Assembly (NCBI GenBank): GCA_051294375.1
Contig: CM119266.1
Coordinates: 10,131,677-10,195,676, forward strand
Direction: 5' to 3'
DNA: 64,000 nt
Origin: Paraspadella gotoi
Lineage: Eukaryota > Animalia > Chaetognatha
A model generated the notes under the pieces. It was not told where the DNA came from. It saw only the letters and a program-made list of their open reading frames with translations, and did no database searches. Position numbers and translations under genes: made by a program. Positions 23,993 through 36,191 of the stretch are shown piece by piece. The stretch's first letter is position 1; each line of letters begins with the position of its first letter.

Positions 23993-24563
23993 CTCTCTCA
24001 CCTACAAATCCTCTTCTCCCCTCCGACTCCGAAATCGAAGTAAATCCACTGTGGAGGTTGATCCCTCGAATGCCAAAACTTTCATCTCGTGCCTGTGCCA
24101 GATCTTTCTCTTTGGACACTCCGGTCTTTCGGGCCTAAGAAAATTTTTAGTTTGTTTTGTTTGTTCCGTTTGTTTGTTGATTTTGTTTTGTTGGTTTTTG
24201 TTTTGTTTTGTTTTGTTTTGTTGTTGTTTGTTTGTTGTTTCGTTTATTTCGTTTGTTTCGTGTGTTTTGTTTATTTTTTGTTTATTTGTTTGTTGTTTTG
24301 TTGTTTTTGTTGTTTGTTGTTTTTTGTTTGTTTGTTTGTTGTTTTGGTTTGTTTTGTTTAATCAACAGTCTAAAGGTTCCGACCGACCGACCAAAATGAC
24401 GACCGACCGGACTTTCCAAAACTCATTTAAACCTGAACGCCTTGATCGCGTCCCACAGAGATTCTCGAAATGAAGACTTGGCGTTCGCTCTCCCGACGGT
24501 CGCCAAAGCCACGTTCTCTGTGCCGCATCTGAAGCCGTTGGAATCGGTCGTCGAGACGGGCGA

Positions 24564-24604
<41 letters not shown>

Positions 24605-25596
24605 CTTTGTCGGTTTGTCCGCCGTCTGGCGGCGCATTCAACGTTTGTGGCCAGTCGCAGACTGTGAGTTGCGGGTTGAATCGAAGGCTGGATGGGCAAT
24701 CCTGTGGAGTGGAGGAGGGGGAGAGAGGAGGGGAGAGGGAGAGAGGGAGAGGGGAGAGAGAGGAGGGAGAGGGGGAGACGGAGGACGGGGAGAGAGGGGG
24801 AAAGAGAGGGAGGGAAAGGGGGACGAGAGCGAGGGGAAAAGAGGAGGGAAAGGGGAGGAGAGAGGGAGGGAGAAGGGGAGAGAGGAGGAGAGGGAGAAGG
24901 GGGAGGGGGGAGAGGGAGGGAGAGGGGAGAGAGGGAGGAGAGAGGAGGGGAGAGGGGAAGAAGGAGGAGGGGGAGGAGGTAGGGAGGAAGAGGGGCAAAG
25001 AGATCACGGAGCGGCGGAGAGAGAGTGGAAGAGAGTGAGAGAGGGGGGGAGAGGGAAAGGGAGAGAGAGAGGGAAAAAAGAGAAAGAGAGAGAGGGAGAA
25101 AGAGAGAGAGAGAGAGAGTGAGAGAGAGAGAGTAAAGATAAAAGGAAAATAAAAAATCAGGAATAAAAAAAATTGAAAAAAAAAAACACAGATACTAGTT
25201 TACTCAAGCAATCATTATTATCTTCAATCTTGCTACGTCACGACCAAATAGCGCCAGCCAAAAGCAGCGCCACTGGCCACACACGGCCAAGTCGGGACAC
25301 GCCACGGGCCACATCACGGGCCAAGCCTCCTAGCCCAAAAAAAACCCACACCTTTATGTAAGGAATTGTTATTCGCGAAATGGATAAACACGGAACCCCG
25401 CAGTGTTAGGATCCGGAATAGACCCGCTTAAGATGGACTGACACGAGAGTGTTGGGCGCCACCTTTAGTTCAGCGGTACGGCGGCGCGGGAATAGTCTCG
25501 TTTCTTACGGGAAGATGTCGCCACGGAGATCGAAAGGCCGACGTTAGGGAGCAGCAGGTCGCCAAAACCAAGAACGTTCGATTAAAGGGACGACAT
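17688..25596 (-). CDS. Multi-exon secreted protein: signal peptide, CBM14 (peritrophin-A) domain, Thr-rich linker, LamG-like domain, Thr/Pro linker, EGF and Ca-EGF array; frameshifted, 3' end not located
   Basis: Approximate exons: 25596-25352, 24701-~24427, ~24135-24002, ~23770-23722, 22862-22713, ~22120-21809, ~21312-21177, ~20873-20802, ~20628-20453, ~20091-19927, ~19288-19118, ~18489-18319, ~17857-17688, mostly with AG/GT ends. Peptides (some need 1-nt corrections): NRTFLVLATCCSLTSA; DCPSSLRFNPQLTVCDWP; WIYFDFGVGGEKR and ISFGTRLNNDQWN; WSLEVDG; CYCETGFHGKSCE; NCDKDVNEC; NACQPNPCANQG; CSCSSGWMGDSCEQDV; CRCTSGWRGNRCGTNVNEC; PNPCQNGAQC. Confidence 0.8.
17946..18297 (+). mobile_element. MITE-like element with imperfect TIRs and internal degenerate TTAGGG repeats
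   Basis: Left end CCTATTTTCCATAACGCCTTCATTT; right end AATGGGGCGCTCTGAGAAAAAGAGG; interior GGGTTTAGGTTAGGGATTAGG-type repeats. Confidence 0.5.
18520..18992. repeat. Degenerate (GGAAAAT)n low-complexity satellite in an intron
   Basis: Repeated AATGGAAA cores. Confidence 0.8.
19406..19772 (-). mobile_element. MITE-like TTAGGG-filled element (inverted copy)
   Basis: Ends GGCTCTTCTTTTCCAGAGTGCCCCATTT and AAATGAGGCCATTCTGGGAAAATAAGCC are imperfect inverted repeats; interior has CCCTAA variants. Confidence 0.55.
21430..21722 (-). mobile_element. MITE-like TTAGGG-filled element (inverted, degenerate)
   Basis: CCCTAA-variant array ending in AAAACGGGGCATTCGGGGAAAATAAAGGCC. Confidence 0.5.
24145..24360. 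repeat. (TTGT/TTTTG)n low-complexity intron tract
   Basis: Direct. Confidence 0.9.
24710..25135 (+). repeat. Polypurine (GGA/GA)n tract in intron 1, with G-quadruplex or triplex potential
   Basis: About 420 nt, almost purely G/A, with many GGG runs. Confidence 0.85.
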
Positions 25597-25873
25597 ATTT
25601 TTTTTGGGGGGGAAGTTCTATTTTGTGAATTGAGAATTTTAAAAAGGGAAAAAAAAAAAAAATTCCCGATGAAATTAAAAATTTTAAGGGAAACGATTTT
25701 TTTTTTATATATATTATATTACTGTGGCGACTACCTATATCATATATATGTTTTTTATCAAATTCCCGCCCGTTTAAGTATCTAATTTTTTTAATAGTTT
25801 TTTTCTTTTGATCGCATTCCTCCCCTCAAAGGAATCTTCGTGATCGATTTGAGCATGAGAGAAAAGGATCTAT

Positions 25874-25948
<75 letters not shown>

Positions 25949-27836
25949 ACACACACACCACAGACCACGCTTTCGATCATCGACGTCAACAGAAGGAGAT
26001 ACTAATCCCAGAATCGTCACCAAAAATATTCAGTCTCAACTTCCGATCAATAAAATTCTAGGGTTAACGTCGAAGCAACTTACCTGAATTTACTTACTTT
26101 CAATAGCAAAATATTTTAAAAATTTTTTTTTATACATTTTTGCTAATCTAAGGATATTGAAAATAATACCCGGACTCTCTTTATTGGTTACTGATACTAA
26201 ATAAATCTTCATTGACATTCAAAAAAAATTTATTTACATATTTAACTTTAAAATTAATATTATTTAAAACTATAATTGATTGGATTTTTAAAATACTGAT
26301 TAAAAAGACCAACTTCATTGACTGATGACAACTCCAACCTGAACATCCTTACTCACCCAGTCAACTTGTCTTTAGTACTTTGCATAATCCATTCAAAGAA
26401 TGTGAGCCGAATGAGAGAGAAGGGAAAGAGTTAAAAATTAGCAGAGATTAGAGTGATAATCATAATAACAATTACAGTAATGACTCAAATGCTTATCTTA
26501 TTTTAATTTAATTTAATATAGTTTATCCAACAATTGATTTCATAATTGTATTTAAAGCTTTTTTTTAATCTTATTGTATGATGTCCCCTTAAAGATTTGA
26601 AACAAACAATCCTTAAATTGAGTTTATTTTTTTCAGATAAACAATGAAAACAAAAAAGAAAGATGTTAATATAAGTAAAGTTTAGAATATTAAGCAAATT
26701 TAGTATTAGCTCACTCCCCTCTTCCTCTCTCTTTCTCTCTCTCTCTCTCTCCTCTCTCTCTCTTCTCTCTCTCTCTTCTTTCACTCCCTCCCTGTCTCTT
26801 TCTTTTATTTGTTTTCTATTTACATTGTTCTTCAAACTCGAACCGTCGTTTATGGTGATAATCTTCTTCTCTCTCTCTCTCTCTCTCTTCTCTCTTCTCT
26901 CTTCTCTCTCTCTCTCTCTCTCTCTCTTCACCCTTACCTCTTTCTATTATATTTTCCTTTATCTCGTGGAGCGAAAACTCTTTCACAACGAATATTCAAA
27001 CGAATCCATAATTCAAGTCTAATTTTTTTGGTACTAAAACCTGAAATATTCCAAAGTTGGCTGATCGATTAATCTGAACTTTAAGATAACTATTAAGCCG
27101 GCGTATTTTTGTTCTGTATTAATAATTATGCTACCAGTCACCCACGCTTTTGTGTTTTCTTAAAAATACCTTTTTTTATGACAACCTCCGGTTATTTAAT
27201 TCTTTATTCCAGTTTTCTATCATCAAATCATTTTCTATTCATTACAGTTTATTATATTTTTTTACGTAAAAATATATAATTAATTCATTTAATTATTGTA
27301 TTAATATGATTTTTAGGGTCATCGTCTTGTAAATGTGTTTTTTTTTTGTTTGTAAATTTAAAAAAGATTAATCGGTATTGTTGCGCGTAAGAGAGACGAG
27401 ACAGAGAGAAACAGAGCAAGCGAGAGAGAGAGAAGAGAGAGAAGAGATGAGAGAGAGGAGAAGAGAGAGAGAGAGAGAGACGAGAGAGAGAGAGAGAGCT
27501 GCAATACCATAAATCGATAGAACAGGAACTAAGGACAAAAAAAATTTATAAGCGGCACAACTTCTAGTCTCCTTGCTCCTTTTTAAACATAAGCAGAAAA
27601 AGATTGCGTAAAAAAATGTCGTTTTCTCGTATATATATATTTTTCAAATATAATAATTATAGTCTCTTGCAAAACAAAATCTTTTGCATCAGTTGCGTTA
27701 ATGAGAGGGGTAGAGAGAGAGAGAGAGAGAAAACGAGAAGAGAGTGAGAGAGAGAGAGAGTTTGTTATATCACATTATATCACAACATTAATAGTTTTAT
27801 CCCAAACTCTTCTTGTCAGAGAAAGCTGAGAATAAT

Positions 27837-28400
27837 CGGCCATATTCTTCAAAACCGCCCCCATTTCAGCCTAAATTCAGAATAAAATTTTCAAGTTTAA
27901 AAAAAAAAGGTTAAAGGTAAAAAAGGTTAGAGTAATGTTAGATTTTGTGATAGGGTTAAAATAGGTAAAACAATTCGGTTAGCGATTACGTGAGAGGTTT
28001 GAGAGAGAGTTTAGGGAAAGAGGATAAGATTAGGGTTAGGGATTAGAGTTTAAACATAAGGATAGAGGATTAGGTAGTTGTTTAAGGAACTCGGGATAGA
28101 ATAGAAGAGATTATTTAGACGATTAGGATTAGAGTAATTGGAAGGGAGGAAGGACTTCGGGTAGAAATAAAGAATTAGGGTTAGCATCAAGATTAGGAGT
28201 ATGGATTAGGTTTAGTGATTAAGGACTCGATAGGAAAAATGAGATTAGGTTTTAGAAATTAAAGGATTTAGCGTATATGGAGATTAGGTAGTGTTAAGGA
28301 CTCGGGAAAGAAAAAAGGAGAAAATTAAGGAACAGTATGAAGTTAGTGTAAGGACTCGGGGATAGAATAAAAGAATAAGGGTAGATATTTTAGTTAAAAA
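27837..28400 (+). repeat. TTAGGG-like degenerate array with the same terminal motif
   Basis: Begins GGCCATATTCTTCAAAACCGCCCCCATTTCAGCCTAAATT, then GATTAGGGTTAGGG and TTAAGGACTCGGG units. Confidence 0.5.
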
Positions 28401-28449
28401 TCCAAGATCAATCACAACCCAAATCAACACCCCAAAAATCTATAGCCAA

Positions 28450-28915
28450 CACCCCCCGCGTCATCCGAAGCCCAACGATCGTCATAGACCACTATCCACC
28501 CCACGTCGAAGACCCACGTGTCTGAAGGAACGCGTTCAAAGGATGTAGACCTCGCCACGATGTTCAAGTTAGATCGTCAACGGCTGCCCACGGGGCGTGT
28601 GTAACTCGCGATTACCGGCGCCGTTTCTTCGCCCCCTCGCTGCGTCCGTCGCCCAGAAACGAGCAGCATCGAGATAAACTCGCCGTCGCTGACGCCGTTT
28701 CTGTACCGCGCCCCAGTCGTTCGTCCGTTGTCGACGCACAAGCCGAAGGAGATTAGATCGGAGCAACGTGCGCCCGACGATTCTTCCTCATTCTTCCTCG
28801 GCGTTCGGCCGAGTTGGCGTCGAGAACCGCGCCAAGTATTCGGCGCAACGAATCCCGTTGGCGTCGCGTCAAAGGGGGGTGGCGGTGACGCCGCCTCCGA
28901 GTAGACCGGAAGATG
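28450..28915 (-). other. GC-rich candidate exon, unidentified and frameshifted (duplicate at ~46972-47437)
   Basis: Sharp GC-rich island. Coding-like fragments DANGIRCAEYLARF, RCSDLISFGLCVDN and NGVSDGEFISMLLV are not joined in one open frame. Confidence 0.3.
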
Positions 28916-31900
28916 AACTTTTTTGTTGGTTTATGATCATATATTATGGTTATTTTTTAATTAAATTCTCCTGGGACTTTTTTATTTATTTTATTTTTTA
29001 TTATCACTTTGTTTAATTTCCTTGTTCATTGTTCTTTATTTGTTTATGTATTTGGTTATTGATTATTGTTTTCTTTATTAATTTGTCTCTNNNNNNNNNN
29101 NNNNNNNNNNNNNNNCTCCGATTGACAGACGATGAAGACGATGAGATTGAAATATGATGATAAGCAGTGAGTGAATGCTTATATATTTCTATGTAGTCAA
29201 TAATCCATAGAGCCTTGGTGAGCGAATGTTGACCGTCATTAATACGTGACCTAAGTACAAGCAGATTTTTTTCACACGGAAATACAGTCAAGCTCGTCGC
29301 GTTGCGTCGTCGGTCGTCGGCTTTCTCTCTATTTTTATATTGTGAAAAAAAGCATAAGATTGAATTTCAAGCAATACATTCTTTATCTTTTTTCAATGAC
29401 GACGAAACATTCAACAAGATTACCATTCAATCATACAATGGATTTTACGTACTTCTTCTATTCAAAAGTTTACCAGAGTTTTATAATATAAGTTTTGGAT
29501 TTTATGTAAAAATAACGTTGATTTACGTATCTCGTTTTGTTTGTAAACAAACAATTCTCGTATACCCAAACGATTAATTTTATTGGCGTGGACCCCCCCG
29601 CCCCGCAAAAACTTATTTAGAATTAGACGAACTAGACGTAAAAGTGGAACGATCGAACACGAGAACAGTCGCAGGATGAATTTTCTTTATTTACGACTGG
29701 TTCCGCGTTAGCGCGGGTAGACCCAAATGGGAGGGGACCAGCGGGAAAAAGAGAGAGCGGGTAAAAGGAAAGGAAACAGAGGGGCGGTGCGGAAAATATT
29801 CGAGCGAGATAAAATGACCTTATATGCTGATGAACCCGTAAACAAAAGATCATCTTTGTTTTTTGTTTGTTTGTTGGTTGTTTTTTCTGACTCCAGATCC
29901 CCCACAACCGCACACCGACCAGAAGTCACTGATCACAAAACTGGTCATCCCGAAATCCCTTGTGGTCGACCTGAGGTGTGATCAAGCAGCTCCATATACG
30001 ACATCAAGAAACTTACTGAAGAAAACTACCGTTTTGATGGAAGCCGCGAATTCGATCTCGATCGCCCGGCGTCGAAGACAGAAACAATATAGACGACGAC
30101 GACAACGGACCAGATCCACAAACGACGACGACGACGCTAAATGACGAGAGGCGACGACGCGAACGACGACGACCACGAATAATGACGCAACATGGATCAT
30201 TTTTGGCAGTGATCATGCAGCCCATGAATAATCAGAAAATACTCGAACACGAATCCGAGATAATGATTTATATCTTTCTTTCTTCATCTCTTGTTCGACT
30301 CATTGGATAACTTTTAGCTCGTAAATTTAATATAACATGCGAAAGCAACATTAAACCATAGGAAAAAACTGGAGTTTAAGAATTAAAACGAAAATACCTA
30401 GCAGATAAGAGATGGCGCGACGAACGACGATAACGACGACAGAGAGGCCGATCGGAGTTTTTGCGCATGGAACCAATCATTAGAGAGAAAAAAAAGCGGG
30501 AATGGAATCAAATAACGACGAGACAGACACGACGCTTGCCACTGACGAGTGAGACGTGGAAAGACGAGATGACGACGAGGTAAAACGGAGACGCTAGATG
30601 ATGGAGTTGATGGGGTTGCTGAGCTTCGACGATGACGAGACGACGAAAACAAAATAACATCTTGGTCGCATTCAAAACTCGAATCAAAAAAATTCTGTTT
30701 CTTAGATAGAATAACTCTTCGTTTTCTTGTTTGGTCATGGCAACCGGTTTTAGATAAGAGAAAAAATTTCACAACACAAAGTTAAAAATAAATGATATTT
30801 ATATTTTTTTAAAGAAGGGAACGCATGGATTTCATTGACGCCGGTGAATACGACTCCCATAAGCTACGAGAAGAAATGAATTGAAATTCATATGAGGAAT
30901 CAAGGATTCTCTTCTTTCTCTCTCTGCTCTCTTTCTCTCTCTTTCTCATCTCTGTTCTCTTTTTCTCTCGTCTTTCTCCTCTCTCTTCTCCTCGTCTCGT
31001 CTCTCTCTGTCCTCTCTCTCTCCATCTCTCTTCTCCCTCTCTTACTCTTCCTCTCTTCTCTCTCTCTCTTCTCTCTCTCATCTCTCTCCTCGCATCTCGT
31101 CTCTCTACGTCGTCTCCCCTGCATTTGTCTAGTGCACTTTTTTTATCCTCAAATGAAAGGATTTGATTGAGTGATTGAATTGCGTTCTTCATCGATCTCG
31201 ATTTCCTTTCTCATAATTTTCAATCTTTCTCACAAGTCGTTTTCTCTCCTCTTCCTTTCCGTCCTCCTCTTCTCTCGTCCTCTCAAATTTTACTCTTGAA
31301 ACAGGGGCAGAAAAAGAGAGAAAAAAAAGTCACGGTATGACTTTTTTGTCTTTTAAATTTGTTTCTTTTTTCTTTTCTCTTCATTTATCACTTTTATTTC
31401 GTTATCTTTTTTTATTTTTCTTTCTATTTTTTTTCTTCTGTTTTCAACCAAAATTTGTTATTTTTTCTTTTTTCTTTTTTCTTTCTTTCTTCTTTTTTTT
31501 CTTTCTTTCTTTCTTTTTTTTCTTTCTGCGTCATGCACGGCACCACTCCCATCACAAGAACTAAACCTTCTTATCACTGCAAAGGCCTTTCCTTTCTCCC
31601 ATTAGCACTATTTCCCATCACGAAAACACTCTCTTCCCTTCACGCAACCTCTGCCCAAAACAAACCCCTCCTTGTCCCTCTTCCCATCACCAACCACAAC
31701 TTCCATCACTGCAATCCTCCTCTTTTCCCATGGCGAAACACCTTTCTTCGGCCTCGTCCCATACCAAACCACTCCCCATCCTGCAACTCTCTCTCTCCCG
31801 ATCACGAAACACTTCTTGTTCTTCGTCCATCGCCAAATCAGCAATTTCCCACCGAAAGCCATCTTCCATCTACCCTCATCTCATTCCCGCAACAATCGCG

Positions 31901-32732
31901 TCGGCTATTAAATTAGTGTGAGTTTCAAAGTTTGTGATGATTCTTTACTCTCTGACGACAAATATATGATGCTGGGAAAGGAGGGTCGTCTTGTTCGTCG
32001 TCGTCGTCGTCCGTCGTCGCGTGTGTCGTTTGACCATGTCATCATGAGATATGTAGATCCAGTTTTATAATGTTTTTGTCTTTTTTTCTAATAGTGAAAT
32101 GTAAGAAGCCAAAAAGGATAAAATAGTATAGTAATACTAAATTATGTAAGTACGGTCTATCGTCGTCCATGGCAATTTTTTGTGTTGTTGTTCATCATGT
32201 TTCCGCTGTCGTGATTGTTTGTCATTGTCATTGTCCTCATGACGTTCTAATCTCCGAAAAACGACGATTGTCCATCACTGAGTGTCTCTGTCGTAATACA
32301 GCGCTCCTTCCTGTCATCACGGACGTCGACAATCGCGTCGTCCGTGTGCGTCGGCGTCGTCGTCGTCGTCGTCGTGTCTTTCTTTGCATAAGTCTCGATG
32401 AGTCGACAGGAAAGAATATGATTCTGTAATCAAAAACCGCACCATAAAATAAGGTTTTGGGCTCAGAAGCCGAGACGAATGTTTTTTCCTCTGTTGACGC
32501 GAATCGAACAGAAAACATTTTTTTGCTTCTCTTTTTCCTCAAATCAATGTTATCGTCTTCCTTTATTTATTTTCTTGCTGGGGAAGGAACTGAGGGGGGG
32601 GGAGAAAGGATGGGGAGGGAATGATGGGGGTGGAGAGTAACTGGAGTATTAACTGGAATTAATTATTGATTAATCGGAAGTCGATTCGGATTAATTTAAT
32701 CCATTAGATTATCAGATCAGATGAAATGGAAG

Positions 32733-32787
<55 letters not shown>

Positions 32788-34973
32788 GAAGATCTCTCCC
32801 TCAGAATAATTTTGAGCGGAAAGCACTCAGAAAGGAAAAGGGGAGGGGGGGTGGGGGGCGGGGAATGAAGTCTCTTCCCAAAGTTTTTTCCGAGATCGAG
32901 GTGTTTGAAAATTCGATTCGGAGTAATTTTAAAAAGGCGTCGTTTCGCTTCGAGATTCAATTTCCTTCGTTTTTTTTTTTTTATGATTGATAAAAAAAAC
33001 AATATGGTTATAACTTAAATACGAATGAAAAAAAAAGTAAATATAATAATTCCGAAGTTCATCATCTATTTTTGTAAAAATAATCTTCTTGCTTGGATCA
33101 AATTTTTAAGCCCTGCGGTGCATTAGTCAGGCTGAGAGAGAGAGAGAGAGACGAGAGAGAGAGAGAGAGAGATGAGAGAGAGAGAGGAGAGAGATGAGGA
33201 GAGAGAGAATGAAGATAGAGAAGAGATGGACATGGAGAGAGAAAAATATGGAAATTTTTTGAAATTTATTATATCGTACGAGTCTCGGAGTGGTGAGGAA
33301 TATCAAAAACGTCCCATAATGGAACGTTGGTACTAAGTTCGGTACAGGAGGAGTTGTCGTGTTAGTTGCGGCAGCAAAAGACAGAGGGATAGAATGGAGT
33401 GTGGATTTCAGTGGAGACAAGAAACTAAATTCTTTTATTATAAAAGTTATTCAAGATGACGCTTGGTATTACCGATAAATCTTTAAAAAAAAAAAATTTT
33501 TTAACTATCAAAAAAAAGATAATTATAATTTCATTAAATGTGATAAACTTCCTGTTAAGGATAAAACATTTTTAACTTAGGAAAATATTTTTAAGAATTC
33601 TAAAATACTTTTTAATATTCAAAGCGGGTCAGGAGGGTTAGTCGTTGTTTCTGGAATATTATCTCCCAGGTTCATACAAAACCATACTGGTACATTCGTG
33701 CTTACCAGTGGCTTTTAATTTTCTCTCGAAAACGGAAAAAAACAAAAAAAACCAAAAAAAAAAACGAGCGAGCGGTCAATGATATTTTATGCAAACGAGG
33801 CACAATCCGATATTTGTTTCCTTTTTTCTCCGCGATGATAATTGCCCAAATTTCGGCGCGAAATGTTTTGCTGCCAAAAATAACATCCGCGATGACTGGA
33901 GAGCAATATGGGTCTTCTCTCTCTCTACTCTCTTCTCTCTCTCTCTCTCTCTCGTCTGCTCTCTCTCTCTCTCCTCTCTCTCTTCTCAACAAAAAACACA
34001 ACTCCCCCCCCCAAAAAAAAGCGCTTTACATGATTCGCGGCTTAATTAAGGGCGAAATCCGTTCGACGTCGACAAATGACTTCAATGTCGAAATCCAATT
34101 CCCTTTTTGTTGTTCCATTTCAATTCTGACCCTTTTTATTTTTTTTATTTATTTTTTTTTTTCGAGCGGACCTCTTTCAACAGAAAATTTTTTGTACATG
34201 ACGATCCAGAGTAATTTCTTTTTTACATTTATTACCAATGTGGGTAATATTCTTATTTACATTTCTTTTTTGTTTTTACGCGGCCCTCACCCATTTTCCC
34301 AAACCAACTTCCACATTCATGTCTCTATCAAATAGTCAAGCCCACAAGGCCGCACGAGTCGGCCCGACCAGTCAGGCCTCAAGTCTGGCTCACAGTCAGG
34401 CCTCACAGTCAGACTTCGTCGTAATTTGTTGTCGTCGTCGTCATCGTCGTCGTGAGTTCAACTCACCCGTGATGCATGCAGCGTAATTTGACACAGACAG
34501 AACACCCAAAAAAAGCGCGCTCTTTGTCATCGACGACTCGCGAATCTTCAAGTCGTCGTCGTCGTCGTCGTCGTCGTCATCGATCATCAGACAAAGTTTT
34601 TCGCCCTCATTTAGCTTATTTTCCTCCCTTTCGTCGTCGTCCCGTCGTCGTCTAGTTTGTATCCCTTGTCAACGGGTGGTCGCAATTATCGTATTAATTT
34701 TGCCCTCTGAAAAATTGTTAAGCTTTGACCTCTGACGTGACAGATTATTATACTTATGCCGCTTGTCAATTTTGTTCGGGGGTAGTCGTCATCAATATTA
34801 TCATCTCAATCGTCTCCGTCGTCGTCTTGCCGTCGTCGTCGTCGTGTCGTCGTCGTCATCGTCGTCGACGTCGACGTCGTCGTCGTCGTCGTCATCATTG
34901 CTATCATCTTCGTCGTCGTCGTCTTACTCACGAGGCTCAAGGACTCAGCGTCGCACAAAAAAAAAAGAAAGAA

Positions 34974-35024
<51 letters not shown>

Positions 35025-35310
35025 AGAGAAACCCCGAGATGATAATAGAATATTCGGGGAAAAAACTACGAATTTTGTTGACGAAGACGACGACGAAGAC
35101 AATGTTACCGATCAAACAAATGTTATACCTCGTTTATACAATACTTTGTTTTTCGATTTCGTATTTGTGTTTGGCGAGCATTTAAATATTTTTATTAAGC
35201 CGATACTATTATAATAAGGCTCATATTGTCGAAAGGCGGAATATGAACAACTAGAATTCCTGACACCCGATTTTGGATACGACACAATACAATTGACTAC
35301 ATAAGAGAAG

Positions 35311-35342
<32 letters not shown>

Positions 35343-35409
35343 TAAGGAAAAATTCGACGACGACAAGGACAAAGACAACAATGACTCATTGATATTTCGG
35401 GGAAAAAGA

Positions 35410-35444
<35 letters not shown>

Positions 35445-35788
35445 GTCAATGAACTGGCAATGGCGCCTGCACAACTTTAACTTTTTCTTTGTTCGGTCTG
35501 AAGCTCCCCGTCAGTCTACATCTTCGATTAAGTAAGTATTGCTTCAACTTACCCAACTCTTTTCTTCAACTTACCCAACCCTTTTTCTTATTTTCCTTTC
35601 ACTACCTTTCTCTCCTCTTTCTCTCCCTTTCCCTCCCTTTCCTTACCCCCAGCTGCCTTCCGATCTCCGCCCCCCTTTGAATCTGCGAGACTCTTCCTTC
35701 ACAATCTTTCATCCTAGTACCCGTCGCAGTTTTGCATAAACTTAGCTTAAATTTATACAATATTGACTATTTACTCAAGTATTACTAA

Positions 35789-35968
35789 TGTAGCGTCTCT
35801 TGCTACTGAACTCTGACTGAGGCTGTCCAAGATGAATAAAGGTTTGAATAAGTTTTATTTCTATTTACAACAAAAATTTAAGCATTTGGTGTGGAGAGGA
35901 ACTGAACTCCTCTCTCTCTTGCCTTCCCCTTTTATATCTTTAGCCGTCGAACGAGAGTTACCGCTACA
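35789..35968 (-). mobile_element. Duplicate of the LTR
   Basis: TGTAGCG...CGCTACA, same as 17285-17465. Confidence 0.6.
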
Positions 35969-36191
35969 TATCTTTCTGAGACCTCCTTGAAGATATTGCG
36001 CAAGCCGATCTTTGGATTTCACTGGGATTGGTGAAATCCAAAGCCGGCCTTTCTCTAAGTGGGTGGGAAAACCGCAATCATACTTTTCTTGGGTTCTATT
36101 ATATACACATATTGTATATATATTTTAAAATGGCTTTTATAAGGGACCCGCTAAAAAAAAAATTGCGCAGGCCCACTTCGACAGTCTACAC

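Larger units (their letters stand above)
10099..29090 (+). repeat. Large tandem duplication, copy 1
   Basis: Colinear with 29116-47612. From ~17530 onward the copies are essentially identical (offsets 18504 and 18522 in the ORF track). Ends at a 25-N gap. Confidence 0.95.

Noticed and set aside
24442-25121. Gly/Arg/Glu-rich plus-strand ORFs of 168-198 aa
   Set aside because: They are the antisense of exon 2 plus the polypurine intron tract.
27900-28400. True telomere or chromosome fusion site
   Set aside because: The repeats are highly degenerate, short, interstitial and tied to a dispersed terminal motif.
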